The notes beneath the pieces were generated by a model that was not told where the DNA came from, ran no database searches, and saw nothing but the letters and a program-made list of their open reading frames with translations. Shown here one piece after another: positions 8,283-16,747 of a DNA stretch of 64,000 nt (its first letter is position 1; every line of letters starts with the position of its first letter). The position numbers and the translations under genes are program-made. Source of the stretch: a virus; IMG/VR virus record IMGVR_UViG_3300002461_000585, positions 528-64,527 of that record; one strand, 5' to 3'.

Positions 8283-8876
8283 TCAGAGCGCAAGCTCAAG
8301 CTGCTTCATCGGCGCGATGCGTGCTGCTTCCTCTTCGAGCAACGCGGTCACGTCCTTGACCGTCTCGTCCAGGCCGTACATGCCCCAGCAGCTGTCGACC
8401 TGCTCGCCATTGAGCTCGATCTTGTAGCCGTACACCTCGCCACTGAGCCATTGGTTGAAGGTCTCGACCTCGCCCTTGAGCACATCGAGAATGCGGAACT
8501 TCAACTTGCGTGAGGGCAGCTTGCGGCCGAACTCCTTGAGCGCCTTGTCGCGCATCACGTACACCCAGCCACTGCGCCCGCTGTCCCACGGGCATGAGAA
8601 CGGATTGGTGAGCGCAGCCTTGATCGTGGCGCCGCTGTGCACGTAGGCCCACACAGGCAGGCCGTAGGCCTCTTCATCGCGCACCATGCGTGCGATCTCC
8701 GCGTCCTGCTCGGCGCTCTTGGGGTGCGTGCCCAACACGTTGCGTGCGCTCTTGTTGTAGGTGATCTCGCCCAGCGTGTCCCAGCTGGCGGGCGACTCGG
8801 GGTCGATGTCGTAGTAGATGTGTGCGACGAGTCCGGGCACACGCGAGTTGATGGTCTTGATTGCGTCCATGTTCAT
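8283..8876 (-). CDS. Conserved hypothetical phage protein (197 aa; CPWDSG...EVETFNQWLSGEVYGY...DSCWG)
   Basis: ORF with AAGGAG RBS; motif-rich; function not assigned. Confidence 0.75.
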   Translation of the reverse strand: MNMDAIKTINSRVPGLVAHIYYDIDPESPASWDTLGEITYNKSARNVLGTHPKSAEQDAEIARMVRDEEAYGLPVWAYVHSGATIKAALTNPFSCPWDSGRSGWVYVMRDKALKEFGRKLPSRKLKFRILDVLKGEVETFNQWLSGEVYGYKIELNGEQVDSCWGMYGLDETVKDVTALLEEEAARIAPMKQLELAL

Positions 8877-8881
8877 TCTCC

Positions 8882-9247
8882 TTAAATGACTTCGTCGACA
8901 GGCTTGCTCTTGACGACCGTACGGGCGACCTCCTTGGGTGCTTCGTCATCGTCGAGGCGGATGAGGTTGCTCTGCATCTTCCCGAGGAATCGCGAGGGCA
9001 CCTTCTTCTGCAGGTCGCGCGAATACGCGCCCACGATGGCGCGCATCAGGTCTGGATGCCCGGGCAGCGCCTCGACAATCCACGTGCCCTTCAACCACGG
9101 CTGTATCTTTTGCATCGAGTCCCCCGGCAGCGACTCGTAGGGCGCCGGCTTGCGCAGGACACGCACCACGCGGCCGATGTTCTCCTTGCAGTGCTTTGCA
9201 CGCACGATGAGTGCCAGACATCCTGGCTCGATGGGTTTGCCTTTCAT
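8882..9247 (-). CDS. Hypothetical protein (121 aa)
   Basis: AAGGAG RBS before ATG 9247. Confidence 0.65.
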   Translation of the reverse strand: MKGKPIEPGCLALIVRAKHCKENIGRVVRVLRKPAPYESLPGDSMQKIQPWLKGTWIVEALPGHPDLMRAIVGAYSRDLQKKVPSRFLGKMQSNLIRLDDDEAPKEVARTVVKSKPVDEVI

Positions 9248-9702
9248 GCTTGCACTCCTTGCAAAGCGTCGATCTGGGACTGGATGCGCCACAGCGCAAG
9301 CTCTTTGTCGGTGACCCGCGCGTCGACCTCAACCCACTCCTGGCCGTTGACATACGTGCCGGGGTGCGCATGGTCCCGGTAGCCGCTGCCCCGCTCGGCA
9401 AACAGGTTGTCGAAGGCACTGGGGCCGAAGTGCTCGTCGAGCCAGCTGAAGTCGTAACCGCCGTGTTCTTCGTCGAACTCGGGTTCTCCGACTGTGGGCA
9501 GCAACCCGTAGAAGCGGGTGTCGGTCTGCTCCAGGCGCATGATCGGAGCGAAGCGATCGGACATGGCGAGCCATCCTGCAGCGCATGCGATGGTGCCGCA
9601 CTTCTTGACTTGCTTGAAGGTGTGCAGGTCGAAGACGTCGTCGTGGATCTCGGACAGGATGCGGTGCGCATCGATGAGGTTCTTGATGATGGTGTTGCTC
9701 AT
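9244..9702 (-). CDS. Hypothetical phage protein (152 aa; CGTIACAAGW motif)
   Basis: CATCAGGAG RBS. Confidence 0.75.
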   Translation of the reverse strand: MSNTIIKNLIDAHRILSEIHDDVFDLHTFKQVKKCGTIACAAGWLAMSDRFAPIMRLEQTDTRFYGLLPTVGEPEFDEEHGGYDFSWLDEHFGPSAFDNLFAERGSGYRDHAHPGTYVNGQEWVEVDARVTDKELALWRIQSQIDALQGVQA

Positions 9703-9719
9703 TGCATTCTCCTGATGAG

Positions 9720-9772
9720 AAAAAAGCCGCAGGACCGCTGCGGCGCCGGGTAGTGTGAGCGTTGCTCACACT
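9720..9772 (-). promoter_or_regulatory. Composite early-arm element: extended palindrome AGTGTGAGC-GTT-GCTCACACT (9752-9772) plus CGGTC-loop hairpin with T6 (terminator-like, 9720-9749)
   Basis: Direct sequence inspection. Confidence 0.75.
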
Positions 9773-9779
9773 GTTGCGA

Positions 9780-10178
9780 TCAGCCCAGTTCGGACAGTCG
9801 TTGCTGGATCTGCTCGGGCGTGAGGTTCTTCAGCGCCTCGTCCTGCTTGTCGGCCAGGACACCCAGCAGCTTCTCGCGCTCGACCTTGCGTGCGGCAGCG
9901 GTGCGTGCCGCCTCGTTCTCGGCCAGTCGCACAGCGATGATGTGCTTGACGATCTCCAGCTTGGCCGTGGCCTGCACTTTGCCGGGCTTCTCGGCCGTAG
10001 CCACGAAGCTGTCGTCGGTCAGCGCCTTGAGTTCGGCGTAGGCTGACTTGGCCACGCTGTCCAGATCGAAGTTGGTCTTCGATTGCAGGGGCAGGTCCCA
10101 CAGTTGCTCGGTGGTGATGAGGCCCTTGATGCTTGAGAAGCGGATGGCGTTGCGGGTTGCGAATTCGAACAGGTTCAT
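9780..10178 (-). CDS. Conserved hypothetical phage protein (132 aa, coiled-coil)
   Basis: MNLFEFATRN.IRF...TEQLWDLPL motif; GGAG RBS. Confidence 0.8.
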   Translation of the reverse strand: MNLFEFATRNAIRFSSIKGLITTEQLWDLPLQSKTNFDLDSVAKSAYAELKALTDDSFVATAEKPGKVQATAKLEIVKHIIAVRLAENEAARTAAARKVEREKLLGVLADKQDEALKNLTPEQIQQRLSELG

Positions 10179-10217
10179 TTGAAACTCCAGATGGTTGAGA
10201 AAGAAAAACGGAATGGG

Positions 10218-12263
10218 TCAGAACTGGATCTTGTACGTGCGCTGGCCGGTGGCCGTGTGCACGGTGGCTTGCACCTCCTCTCGTTTGGTTGATGAAAAGC
10301 CGACGCCACTGAGTTGGTCGTCGACGACGGGGCACTTGGTCTTGTCGCCCAGGATCTCGAACACCTTGCGGTGCGGCTCGAACTCGGAGCGCAGGAACTC
10401 GTTGTAGATGCCGCGCACAGGCTCGGGGTTCTTGCAGCCGTCGAGCACGAAGATCCAGTGCTTGTTGCCCGCGGCGTTGTCATCCCAGTAGTTCGGGCTG
10501 AACATGATCGTGCGCACCTTGACCGGCTGTTCGGTGGTGACGCCCCACTTCTCCTTCGGCGTGCTGCCCAGCGTGAGCTTGTCGCTGTACTTGAAGTCCA
10601 CGATCTGGCCGCCGCGCACTTGGAACTCGCCGACGGCGAGACTGGTGCCCAGCGAGAGCGGGTATGTGAACTCCATCACCTGCCCCTCGGTTGCCACCTG
10701 CCCCTCGGTTGCCACCTGCCCCTCGGTTGCCACCTGCAGCGTGAAGCCCACGTCGTGGTTCTGGCGCTTGCTGTATTGGTTCACCACCACCTGATAGCGG
10801 CCATCGACAGGGTCCTTGAAAGCCACGTTCTCCACCGGGTCCGAGCGCATGCCGTCCGTGCCGTTGGCGTCCACGTCCAGCCGGCCGCCCTGCCCACTGC
10901 GTTTGAAGAAGTAGATGCGCGTGCCGTTGGGCGTGTACACGTGCAGGTCGAGGTCGTCGGTGTTGTGCCATGCCAGACTGAAGCGCAGCTTGCCATCGAC
11001 GTTGCCCCCGGCGCTCTTCACACGCTCGCGGATCGCGTCGGTGATGTTGCCGTCGTAGGACCACGCGAAGCGGTTGTCCCACTTGAACAGGCGTGCAGCC
11101 TTGTCGTCCTCGTTGGTCGTGATGCTCACGAAGTTGCCCGCGTGGCGGGTCTGCACCAGCAGGTCGATGCTCGTTGCCGTGGGCAGGATGTCCTTCATGA
11201 AAGACTCGATGCCGATGACCACCGCGTTCTTGTCGCTCACCTTGGTCGAGGGCTTGATGCTGGAGAGCAGCAGACCTTGCAGGCCGTCCTTCATCTGCGG
11301 ACGCACCGCGTTGTCCACCCACAGCACGTTGTTCACGCTCACGTCGCTGATGTTGGCGAAGCGGCGGCGCAGCGAGTCCTGCAGGTCCAGGGCTTCGAGT
11401 TCCTTGACGGCGTCCTCGATCATGCGCGGCGTGATCAGCGCCGTGGGGCGCTTGTAGTTGGCCGGCGCCACCTTGGTCTCGAACGAACGCACGGCCTGCT
11501 CGACAGGCACGTCGCTGCTCAGATCCTGCACCAGCGTGCCGATGACCGTGTTGCGGAAGCGCGCCGCTGGGCTCATGATGTTGGCCCACACGAAGTCGTC
11601 GCGCTCCTGGCTGCCCACGTGCAGGTCCTTGTACGCGTGCTGCAGCTTCTGGAACTCGACCAGCGCAGGCTTGTGTTCTTCGCCACGGTACAGCGCCTTG
11701 GCATCGATCAACTGGAGCACCTGCATGACGTCCGTGGCACGAAGCTCTTCGAGCCCACGCTGGAACACCTGCGCTGTCGTGTTCATCTTGCCGCGGATCG
11801 TGTCGGCGTTGTCGCTGAGGTGCTTGGGTGCCACCTTGCCGTGGAAGTGCTTCCACACGTGCACGCTGCCGTCTGCACGCTGCTCGCGCGATTGCTCGGC
11901 GCCGTAGCTGCGCTCCTTGGTGCGGTAGACGCTGGCGATCTTGGCGCTCTGCACGAGCGAGCCCAGCACTTCGGCCACCGTGTCATAGGGAGCAGGCAGA
12001 TGCGCCCACCGACCCCATACCGTGTTGCGTGTGCCGTCCGTGTTGAGCGAGATCACGCGGCCCAGGTTCTTGATGAAGTTGCGGCAGCAGCTGCAGTCGT
12101 GCTCGGTGTTGGTGCGGAACACCGGGTTGGTGCCCTCGGGGAACGCTGCAAGATAGGCCGCCCAGATCTCGTCGGGCGTGAGGTCGACCTCGAAGAGTTC
12201 TTGCTTGGCCATCTCGTTGTAGCGTGCGTGGACTGCGGTTGCGAAGGTATGGAAATCGGACAT
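10218..12263 (-). CDS. Large conserved phage protein (681 aa) with HDCSCC motif and YfaP/DUF2135-like DLDLHV..P.G module
   Basis: Long ORF, CATCAGGAG RBS, EHDCSCCRNFIK and DDLDLHVYTPNG...GRLDVDANG motifs. Confidence 0.85.
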   Translation of the reverse strand: MSDFHTFATAVHARYNEMAKQELFEVDLTPDEIWAAYLAAFPEGTNPVFRTNTEHDCSCCRNFIKNLGRVISLNTDGTRNTVWGRWAHLPAPYDTVAEVLGSLVQSAKIASVYRTKERSYGAEQSREQRADGSVHVWKHFHGKVAPKHLSDNADTIRGKMNTTAQVFQRGLEELRATDVMQVLQLIDAKALYRGEEHKPALVEFQKLQHAYKDLHVGSQERDDFVWANIMSPAARFRNTVIGTLVQDLSSDVPVEQAVRSFETKVAPANYKRPTALITPRMIEDAVKELEALDLQDSLRRRFANISDVSVNNVLWVDNAVRPQMKDGLQGLLLSSIKPSTKVSDKNAVVIGIESFMKDILPTATSIDLLVQTRHAGNFVSITTNEDDKAARLFKWDNRFAWSYDGNITDAIRERVKSAGGNVDGKLRFSLAWHNTDDLDLHVYTPNGTRIYFFKRSGQGGRLDVDANGTDGMRSDPVENVAFKDPVDGRYQVVVNQYSKRQNHDVGFTLQVATEGQVATEGQVATEGQVMEFTYPLSLGTSLAVGEFQVRGGQIVDFKYSDKLTLGSTPKEKWGVTTEQPVKVRTIMFSPNYWDDNAAGNKHWIFVLDGCKNPEPVRGIYNEFLRSEFEPHRKVFEILGDKTKCPVVDDQLSGVGFSSTKREEVQATVHTATGQRTYKIQF
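10677..10737. repeat. Perfect 18-bp tandem repeat x3 (tgcccctcggttgccacc) encoding QVATEG x3
   Basis: Units 10681-10698, 10699-10716, 10717-10734. Confidence 0.95.
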
Positions 12264-12289
12264 TTGAAATACTCCTGATGATGAAAAGC

Positions 12290-12354
12290 GTGAGTGGTGC
12301 TCACAGTTGGGTGCCGGGGCTGTGCCCCCGGCTGCATCCCTGACACCGGTCGGA
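12290..12354 (-). promoter_or_regulatory. Composite early-arm element: TCCGACCGGTGTC (12342-12354), GC hairpin (12313-12332), palindrome GTGAGT-GGT-GCTCAC (12290-12304)
   Basis: Direct sequence inspection. Confidence 0.7.
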
Positions 12355-12356
12355 TG

Positions 12357-12695
12357 TCAGGCAGTTGCGTTGTCGTAGAGGCCCCGCAGCATGCGCTTGG
12401 CGTGCTCCGGGTCGGGCCACTCCTTGTTCTGGTGGACGTAGACAGCCAAGTGATGGCCGAAGGGCTCGCTGACCTCGTAGCACCACACGAACGTGACCTC
12501 GCCCTGCCCCACCACCTCGGCGAACAGCGCGTCGTCCAGCGCGGCGAAGCCGATGAGGTCGGACATGATGCCGGTCTCACCCTCGTCGCTGATGGGCTCC
12601 ATGTTGGTGTCGTACTGGCGCACGGTTTCCCAGAAGCCCCTGACGATGTAGGCCAGGACGATCAGGTCCTGCTCGGGTGCTTTGATGATGCTCAT
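12357..12695 (-). CDS. Hypothetical acidic protein (112 aa)
   Basis: AAGG RBS before ATG 12695. Confidence 0.65.
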   Translation of the reverse strand: MSIIKAPEQDLIVLAYIVRGFWETVRQYDTNMEPISDEGETGIMSDLIGFAALDDALFAEVVGQGEVTFVWCYEVSEPFGHHLAVYVHQNKEWPDPEHAKRMLRGLYDNATA

Positions 12696-12700
12696 GGTGT

Positions 12701-12988
12701 TCAACCTTTCTTGTTGCGGGCCTTGGCCGCGTGACGCTGGTGCTGCTTGACGGATGCGCGGTAACGCTTGCCCACAGGCGCGCGATGGCGCTTGTAGTAG
12801 CCAGTGCCCAGTCGGTCGCTCTTCGTGTCACTGGGCGCGTTCTGGCCACGATCTGCGGGGGTTTGCTTGGTGCTCGTGAGCTCGCTGATGGTCTGCGTGC
12901 CGCCGGGGGTGGCAGTTGCGTTGATGCCTGCACCTGCGAGCGCGCCCATGGCGAGTGCTGCTGCGCGGAATGAATTTGACTTTCTCAT
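12701..12988 (-). CDS. Hypothetical basic protein with hydrophobic N-terminus (95 aa)
   Basis: AAGG RBS; flanked by 13-bp direct repeats. Confidence 0.6.
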   Translation of the reverse strand: MRKSNSFRAAALAMGALAGAGINATATPGGTQTISELTSTKQTPADRGQNAPSDTKSDRLGTGYYKRHRAPVGKRYRASVKQHQRHAAKARNKKG

Positions 12989-12990
12989 GT

Positions 12991-13182
12991 TCAACCTTTC
13001 ACGTGCTCGTGGGTAACTACGGAGCACACGCCTTCGAGCAGTTCAGCGTGTGTCTGGGTGACGAGGATCGTCATGTGCGGGTGGCCGTTGTCGTTGAGCC
13101 ACTTGATGAGCGGCTTGGCTGCCGCCTCGAAGGATTGCTGCAGCGGGTCGGGGCCGTTGACGTTCTTCTCAAACGATGTCAT
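12991..13182 (-). CDS. Conserved small phage protein (AAKPLIKWL...HPH)
   Basis: CATCAGGAG RBS; recognisable motif. Confidence 0.75.
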   Translation of the reverse strand: MTSFEKNVNGPDPLQQSFEAAAKPLIKWLNDNGHPHMTILVTQTHAELLEGVCSVVTHEHVKG

Positions 13183-13198
13183 TACTTTCTCCTGATGT

Positions 13199-13258
13199 GT
13201 GAGCGTTGCTCACGGTTGTGCAGCGGAGCCGCCGCTGCGCCGGCCGACACCGGTCGGA
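13199..13258 (-). promoter_or_regulatory. Composite early-arm element: TCCGACCGGTGTC (13246-13258), CGGCT-loop hairpin (13220-13243), palindrome (13199-13213)
   Basis: Direct sequence inspection. Confidence 0.75.
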
Positions 13259-13259
13259 T

Positions 13260-13775
13260 TTAATAACTCTTGCGCGTGCGCACTCGCCACACTGTTTGCT
13301 TGGACACACCCATCTCAACGGCCAGTTCGCTTAGCGGCTTCTTGCTGAGGCGGATGCGTTTTGCCTGTGCGGGTGTGAGCTTGGACCTCGGGTGTGCTGC
13401 GCCCGCTGGTGTGCAGGCCTTGCGTCGCTTGTTGACCCACGAGTCGAGCAGGTTTTGCGACTTTGTACCCCACACAAGATTGCCTATGACGTTGTGCTTC
13501 TTGACGTCGTCTTTGTGCAGCACTACGTGCAGCGGGCATGGTTGTGGGGGACCGAAGGCCCGCATGATGAGTACGTGCATTCGCGTGTACTTGACGTTGC
13601 CATCAGCGCCTGTGAGCACGGCTCGCGGGTAGCCATAGCCATCGATGCCGAACAGTTCCCTGCCGACACGCGTTCGAGCGAGGGGCTGCACTCTTCGCAC
13701 ACGCCCCCCGTCCTTGCCTTGTCTGATTTCGTAGATGCCTTCGTACCCTGGAACAGGGCGCCATTCGTGCCGCAT
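13260..13775 (-). CDS. NUMOD4-HNH homing endonuclease
   Basis: WRPVPGYEGIYEI (NUMOD4); VLHKDD..HN..GNLVWGT..N (HNH); C-terminal HTH. Confidence 0.85.
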   Translation of the reverse strand: MRHEWRPVPGYEGIYEIRQGKDGGRVRRVQPLARTRVGRELFGIDGYGYPRAVLTGADGNVKYTRMHVLIMRAFGPPQPCPLHVVLHKDDVKKHNVIGNLVWGTKSQNLLDSWVNKRRKACTPAGAAHPRSKLTPAQAKRIRLSKKPLSELAVEMGVSKQTVWRVRTRKSY

Positions 13776-13831
13776 TGCTTCTCCTTTCAAAAAGAAATGC
13801 AGCGTACATCAACTCGTCAGATGTGGCAAGA

Positions 13832-14734
13832 CTATACGTGACAATCTACAATTGTCACCAGCGTGTCGTCGGGCAGCGCGTCGAACATGTCATTGAACTG
13901 CTGGTCCCAGGCGTTCTTGTCGCCCTCGTTGGTCACGATGCCGAACCAGCCCATCTCACCGCGTTCGACCCACTGGCCGTCCTTGAGAATGGCGAAGGTG
14001 CCGATGGCCCCGTTGCGTGCGATCTGCACGAACTCTTCGCGCGGCATGAAGTACGACTGCAGGTCGTCGAGCCACACGAACATATCGCGGTGCGGGTTGT
14101 CCTTGTCGTCGGCTGCGGCGATGATCGCCTTGCGCACATCCTGCCCGTGGTAGGTCTTGCGTGCAAGCTCGTAGTCCACCTCTCCGTTGCGCATCGACAT
14201 CTCCTTCGCCAGTTCCCACGGCATGAAGGTCATCTCGTGCGGGCCCACCACCGGGTTGATGATGTCCCACTTCTTGCCCGCCTTCTCACCGGCCTCGTTG
14301 CGCATGCCCTCGACGTCGATGTCACCCTTGCGCGCTTGGTCTGCGTAGCCGTTGCGCTCATCAGGCCCGTCGTCCAGCAGGCTGCGCTGACCGAGCTTGC
14401 CCTTGGCACCGGCCTTCAGCTTGAGGAAGCCCGACCAGCGACCGCCGATCCGGTACCAGTCCCACTTGCTGTTGGGGTTGTGGGTGCGGCCGAACTTGCC
14501 CGGCTCTTCCTCGCTCTCCTCGTAGCCGAAGTAATCCTCTGCGAAGCTGGCCATGCTCGCGTGCTCGGCCTTGTCGTCGGCGCTCAGTTTGTCCCAGCCT
14601 TCCTGAACTTCCTCGGTGCAGTCCTCGAACTCCAGGTACTCGGCAGGGCAGTCGCCCATGTTGTTCTCTTGGAAGGGTTCCAGCGCGGTTGCGATGTCGG
14701 TTGCGCCGATGACCATGACAGTGAAGTGACTCAT
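13832..14734 (-). CDS. Conserved phage protein (300 aa; MSHFTVMV...NPNSKWDWYRIGGRW)
   Basis: ATG 14734 with CAGGA RBS; recognisable motif. Confidence 0.8.
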   Translation of the reverse strand: MSHFTVMVIGATDIATALEPFQENNMGDCPAEYLEFEDCTEEVQEGWDKLSADDKAEHASMASFAEDYFGYEESEEEPGKFGRTHNPNSKWDWYRIGGRWSGFLKLKAGAKGKLGQRSLLDDGPDERNGYADQARKGDIDVEGMRNEAGEKAGKKWDIINPVVGPHEMTFMPWELAKEMSMRNGEVDYELARKTYHGQDVRKAIIAAADDKDNPHRDMFVWLDDLQSYFMPREEFVQIARNGAIGTFAILKDGQWVERGEMGWFGIVTNEGDKNAWDQQFNDMFDALPDDTLVTIVDCHV

Positions 14735-14755
14735 TTTGCTTTTCCTGATTGATGT

Positions 14756-14822
14756 GCCGCAGGGCCGCTGCGACGCCGGTTTGTGTGAGCACCGCTCACA
14801 GTTTTCTTTGACACCGGTCGGA
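14756..14822 (-). promoter_or_regulatory. Composite early-arm element: TCCGACCGGTGTC (14810-14822), palindrome (14785-14799), CGGCC-loop hairpin (14756-14779)
   Basis: Direct sequence inspection. Confidence 0.75.
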
Positions 14823-15170
14823 TCACAGGCTCGTGCCGCCGGGCGTGCGCTTCTTGCTGGCGCAGGGGTAGGTTGCCTTGAGGATGCTGCGCACCATGAC
14901 GTCGGCGTCCATGTGGCGGTACTCGGGCAGGCGGGTGAGTTCGCGCTTGACCACGTCCGTGATCTGGCCCACCTCGGTGCTCTCGGGTACGCACACCGTG
15001 GTGCCCGACTGCGTGTCGACGACAGCGATGACACACCCCATGGCGTAGGTCACCTCGACCTCGCTGCCGTTGAAGAAGCGCAGCAGCTTGTTGCCGTTGG
15101 TGAACTGGACCTGTGCGTGTGCGCTGAGGGCTGCGCCGAGCAGGGTGAGGGTTGCGATGGTGTGTTTCAT
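14823..15170 (-). CDS. Rap1a/Tai-like periplasmic immunity protein (signal peptide)
   Basis: Signal peptide (AHA); NGNKLL...G.V.AV.D...VC.P...GQ..DVVK..L...PE.RH..A...V...L..TYPC pattern of the Rap1a family. Confidence 0.75.
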   Translation of the reverse strand: MKHTIATLTLLGAALSAHAQVQFTNGNKLLRFFNGSEVEVTYAMGCVIAVVDTQSGTTVCVPESTEVGQITDVVKRELTRLPEYRHMDADVMVRSILKATYPCASKKRTPGGTSL

Positions 15171-15358
15171 TTGCCTTCTCCTGCGTGCAGTGCGGGTTGC
15201 AAGAGGCAGGTGATCGCCACGCCGATGCACAGGATGGACCAGACGCCGTCCGGGTCCGACATCAACGTGCCGCCCAGCAGGGCCAGCCCGAACAGGCCGA
15301 CCCAGTCATACCAGTGGTACTTCGGTTTGAAAAAGTTTCTCATGGTGCTTGCTTTCAA
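15167..15358 (-). CDS. Small two-TM membrane protein
   Basis: Two hydrophobic helices; coupled with the Rap1a-like gene; start may be 15343. Confidence 0.6.
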   Translation of the reverse strand: MKASTMRNFFKPKYHWYDWVGLFGLALLGGTLMSDPDGVWSILCIGVAITCLLQPALHAGEGK

Positions 15359-15363
15359 AAAAT

Positions 15364-15378
15364 GTGAGCGGTGCTCAC
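15364..15378. promoter_or_regulatory. Palindrome GTGAGC-GGT-GCTCAC
   Basis: Perfect copy of the repeated early-arm palindrome, intergenic. Confidence 0.7.
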
Positions 15379-15394
15379 GGTTGGGGGAATTGGC

Positions 15395-15661
15395 TCACGC
15401 CGGCAGGCGGCCACGAATGGCGCGCTTGTCGAGGTCATCGTAGTTACCCAGGAATTCGATCCGGGTGTTGCGTGCATTGAGGTCGGGGTGCTTCCACTTC
15501 ATGGCGTACCCGTTGGGCAGCCAGATGCGTTCGTACTTGCCTTTGGCCAGCGCGTCGATGACCGGCTTGGCCTGTGCCAGCGTGAAGGGTATCGGTGTGC
15601 CCGAGGCGCGCGCCTCTGCATCAAGGTCGCCGAAGCGTTTGAAGAAGGTGATCGTTTTCAT
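15395..15661 (-). CDS. Hypothetical protein (88 aa)
   Basis: GAGGA RBS, ATGA overlap. Confidence 0.65.
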   Translation of the reverse strand: MKTITFFKRFGDLDAEARASGTPIPFTLAQAKPVIDALAKGKYERIWLPNGYAMKWKHPDLNARNTRIEFLGNYDDLDKRAIRGRLPA

Positions 15662-16704
15662 GTGTTGTCCTCATCGGTTGATTGATCTTCGTCGTAGTCC
15701 CGCAGGCATGCCGCCTTCGCCTTGTCCAGCAGGAAGGGCACCTTGCGCCGGTCGCGCAGCGTTGATGGCACGTTTGACCATGCCTCGTCGAGCGCGTCGA
15801 TCTCTGACTTCGTCATGTAGTGGTGCCAGCGCGAGTCGTGCACCATCACCCGGTCAGCCCGGTGTGCGTAGGTGCGCATGGTTGGCCTGCCCACGGGGTT
15901 CTGTGCCCGCGCCTCCTCTCGCTGGTCCTGCTTCTTGTACCGCGCTCGCAGCACATCCTGCTGCCGTGGCGAGGCCTTGGCCAGTGCGATCTGCCGGCGA
16001 CGCAGCACCTCGTCTCGCTTGTCTTGTCGTGCCTGCTCACGGGCCCGGCGCTTGGGCTCGTTCGCCTCTTGCCGATCCGCGGCCTTCTGCCCGGCACGGT
16101 ACACACGCAGGTCTTCCCGGTTGGCCTCGCGCATCTGGGCTTGGAAGCGGGTGCGCAGGTCGCGCATCACCTCGGCGTGCAGGTGCAGGAAGGCGATCAC
16201 CTCGGCGTTGCCCTCGGGGGGCGGGATGCGTTTGACATTGTCCAGCGCGTAGGTGCTGGCCCTCAGTTCAGCAGCCAGGACGCCGCGAGCATGTGCCCAT
16301 GGTCGCTGCCACACCTCGTCCCACTTGCGCTTGCGCCCCTCGGCCAGCTTGCGTTTGGTTCTGGCTGCTGCCGTCTTGAGCAGGTGGGGCGCGACGACGA
16401 GGCGCTGGTTCTCAGGCAGTGCGCCCTTCTTCAAGGCACGCACCAGTTCACCGGGGGTCATGTCCTCCAGCTGCTTCGATGGCCGTGCAATGGTGTGCAA
16501 CGGGTGCTTCTTGTCGCCCCGTGCACGGGTCAGGCAGTGTTTGCAGTACTTCCACTCCTGCTCGGCAGACGAGAACGCCGTGGTTTTGCGCAACGGATCG
16601 CGCACTTGGAAGTCTCGAACGGGGTAAACGCAGTGGCAGTGAGCACATATCTTGCCCGGTGGCCCCTCAAGTGGGGTGAGTATGAAATCTGGTTGATCCG
16701 ACAT
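15658..16704 (-). CDS. Basic hypothetical protein with N-terminal CxxC...CxxC Zn finger (about 348 aa)
   Basis: ICAHCHC...YCKHC; start ambiguous (16704 preferred). Confidence 0.65.
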   Translation of the reverse strand: MSDQPDFILTPLEGPPGKICAHCHCVYPVRDFQVRDPLRKTTAFSSAEQEWKYCKHCLTRARGDKKHPLHTIARPSKQLEDMTPGELVRALKKGALPENQRLVVAPHLLKTAAARTKRKLAEGRKRKWDEVWQRPWAHARGVLAAELRASTYALDNVKRIPPPEGNAEVIAFLHLHAEVMRDLRTRFQAQMREANREDLRVYRAGQKAADRQEANEPKRRAREQARQDKRDEVLRRRQIALAKASPRQQDVLRARYKKQDQREEARAQNPVGRPTMRTYAHRADRVMVHDSRWHHYMTKSEIDALDEAWSNVPSTLRDRRKVPFLLDKAKAACLRDYDEDQSTDEDNT

Positions 16705-16732
16705 AAAGAACCCTTTCTGTCGTGAGTGTAGT

Positions 16733-16747
16733 GTGCGCATCGCTCAC
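16733..16747. promoter_or_regulatory. Palindrome variant GTGCGC-ATC-GCTCAC
   Basis: One mismatch to the repeated palindrome, upstream of a gene. Confidence 0.55.
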
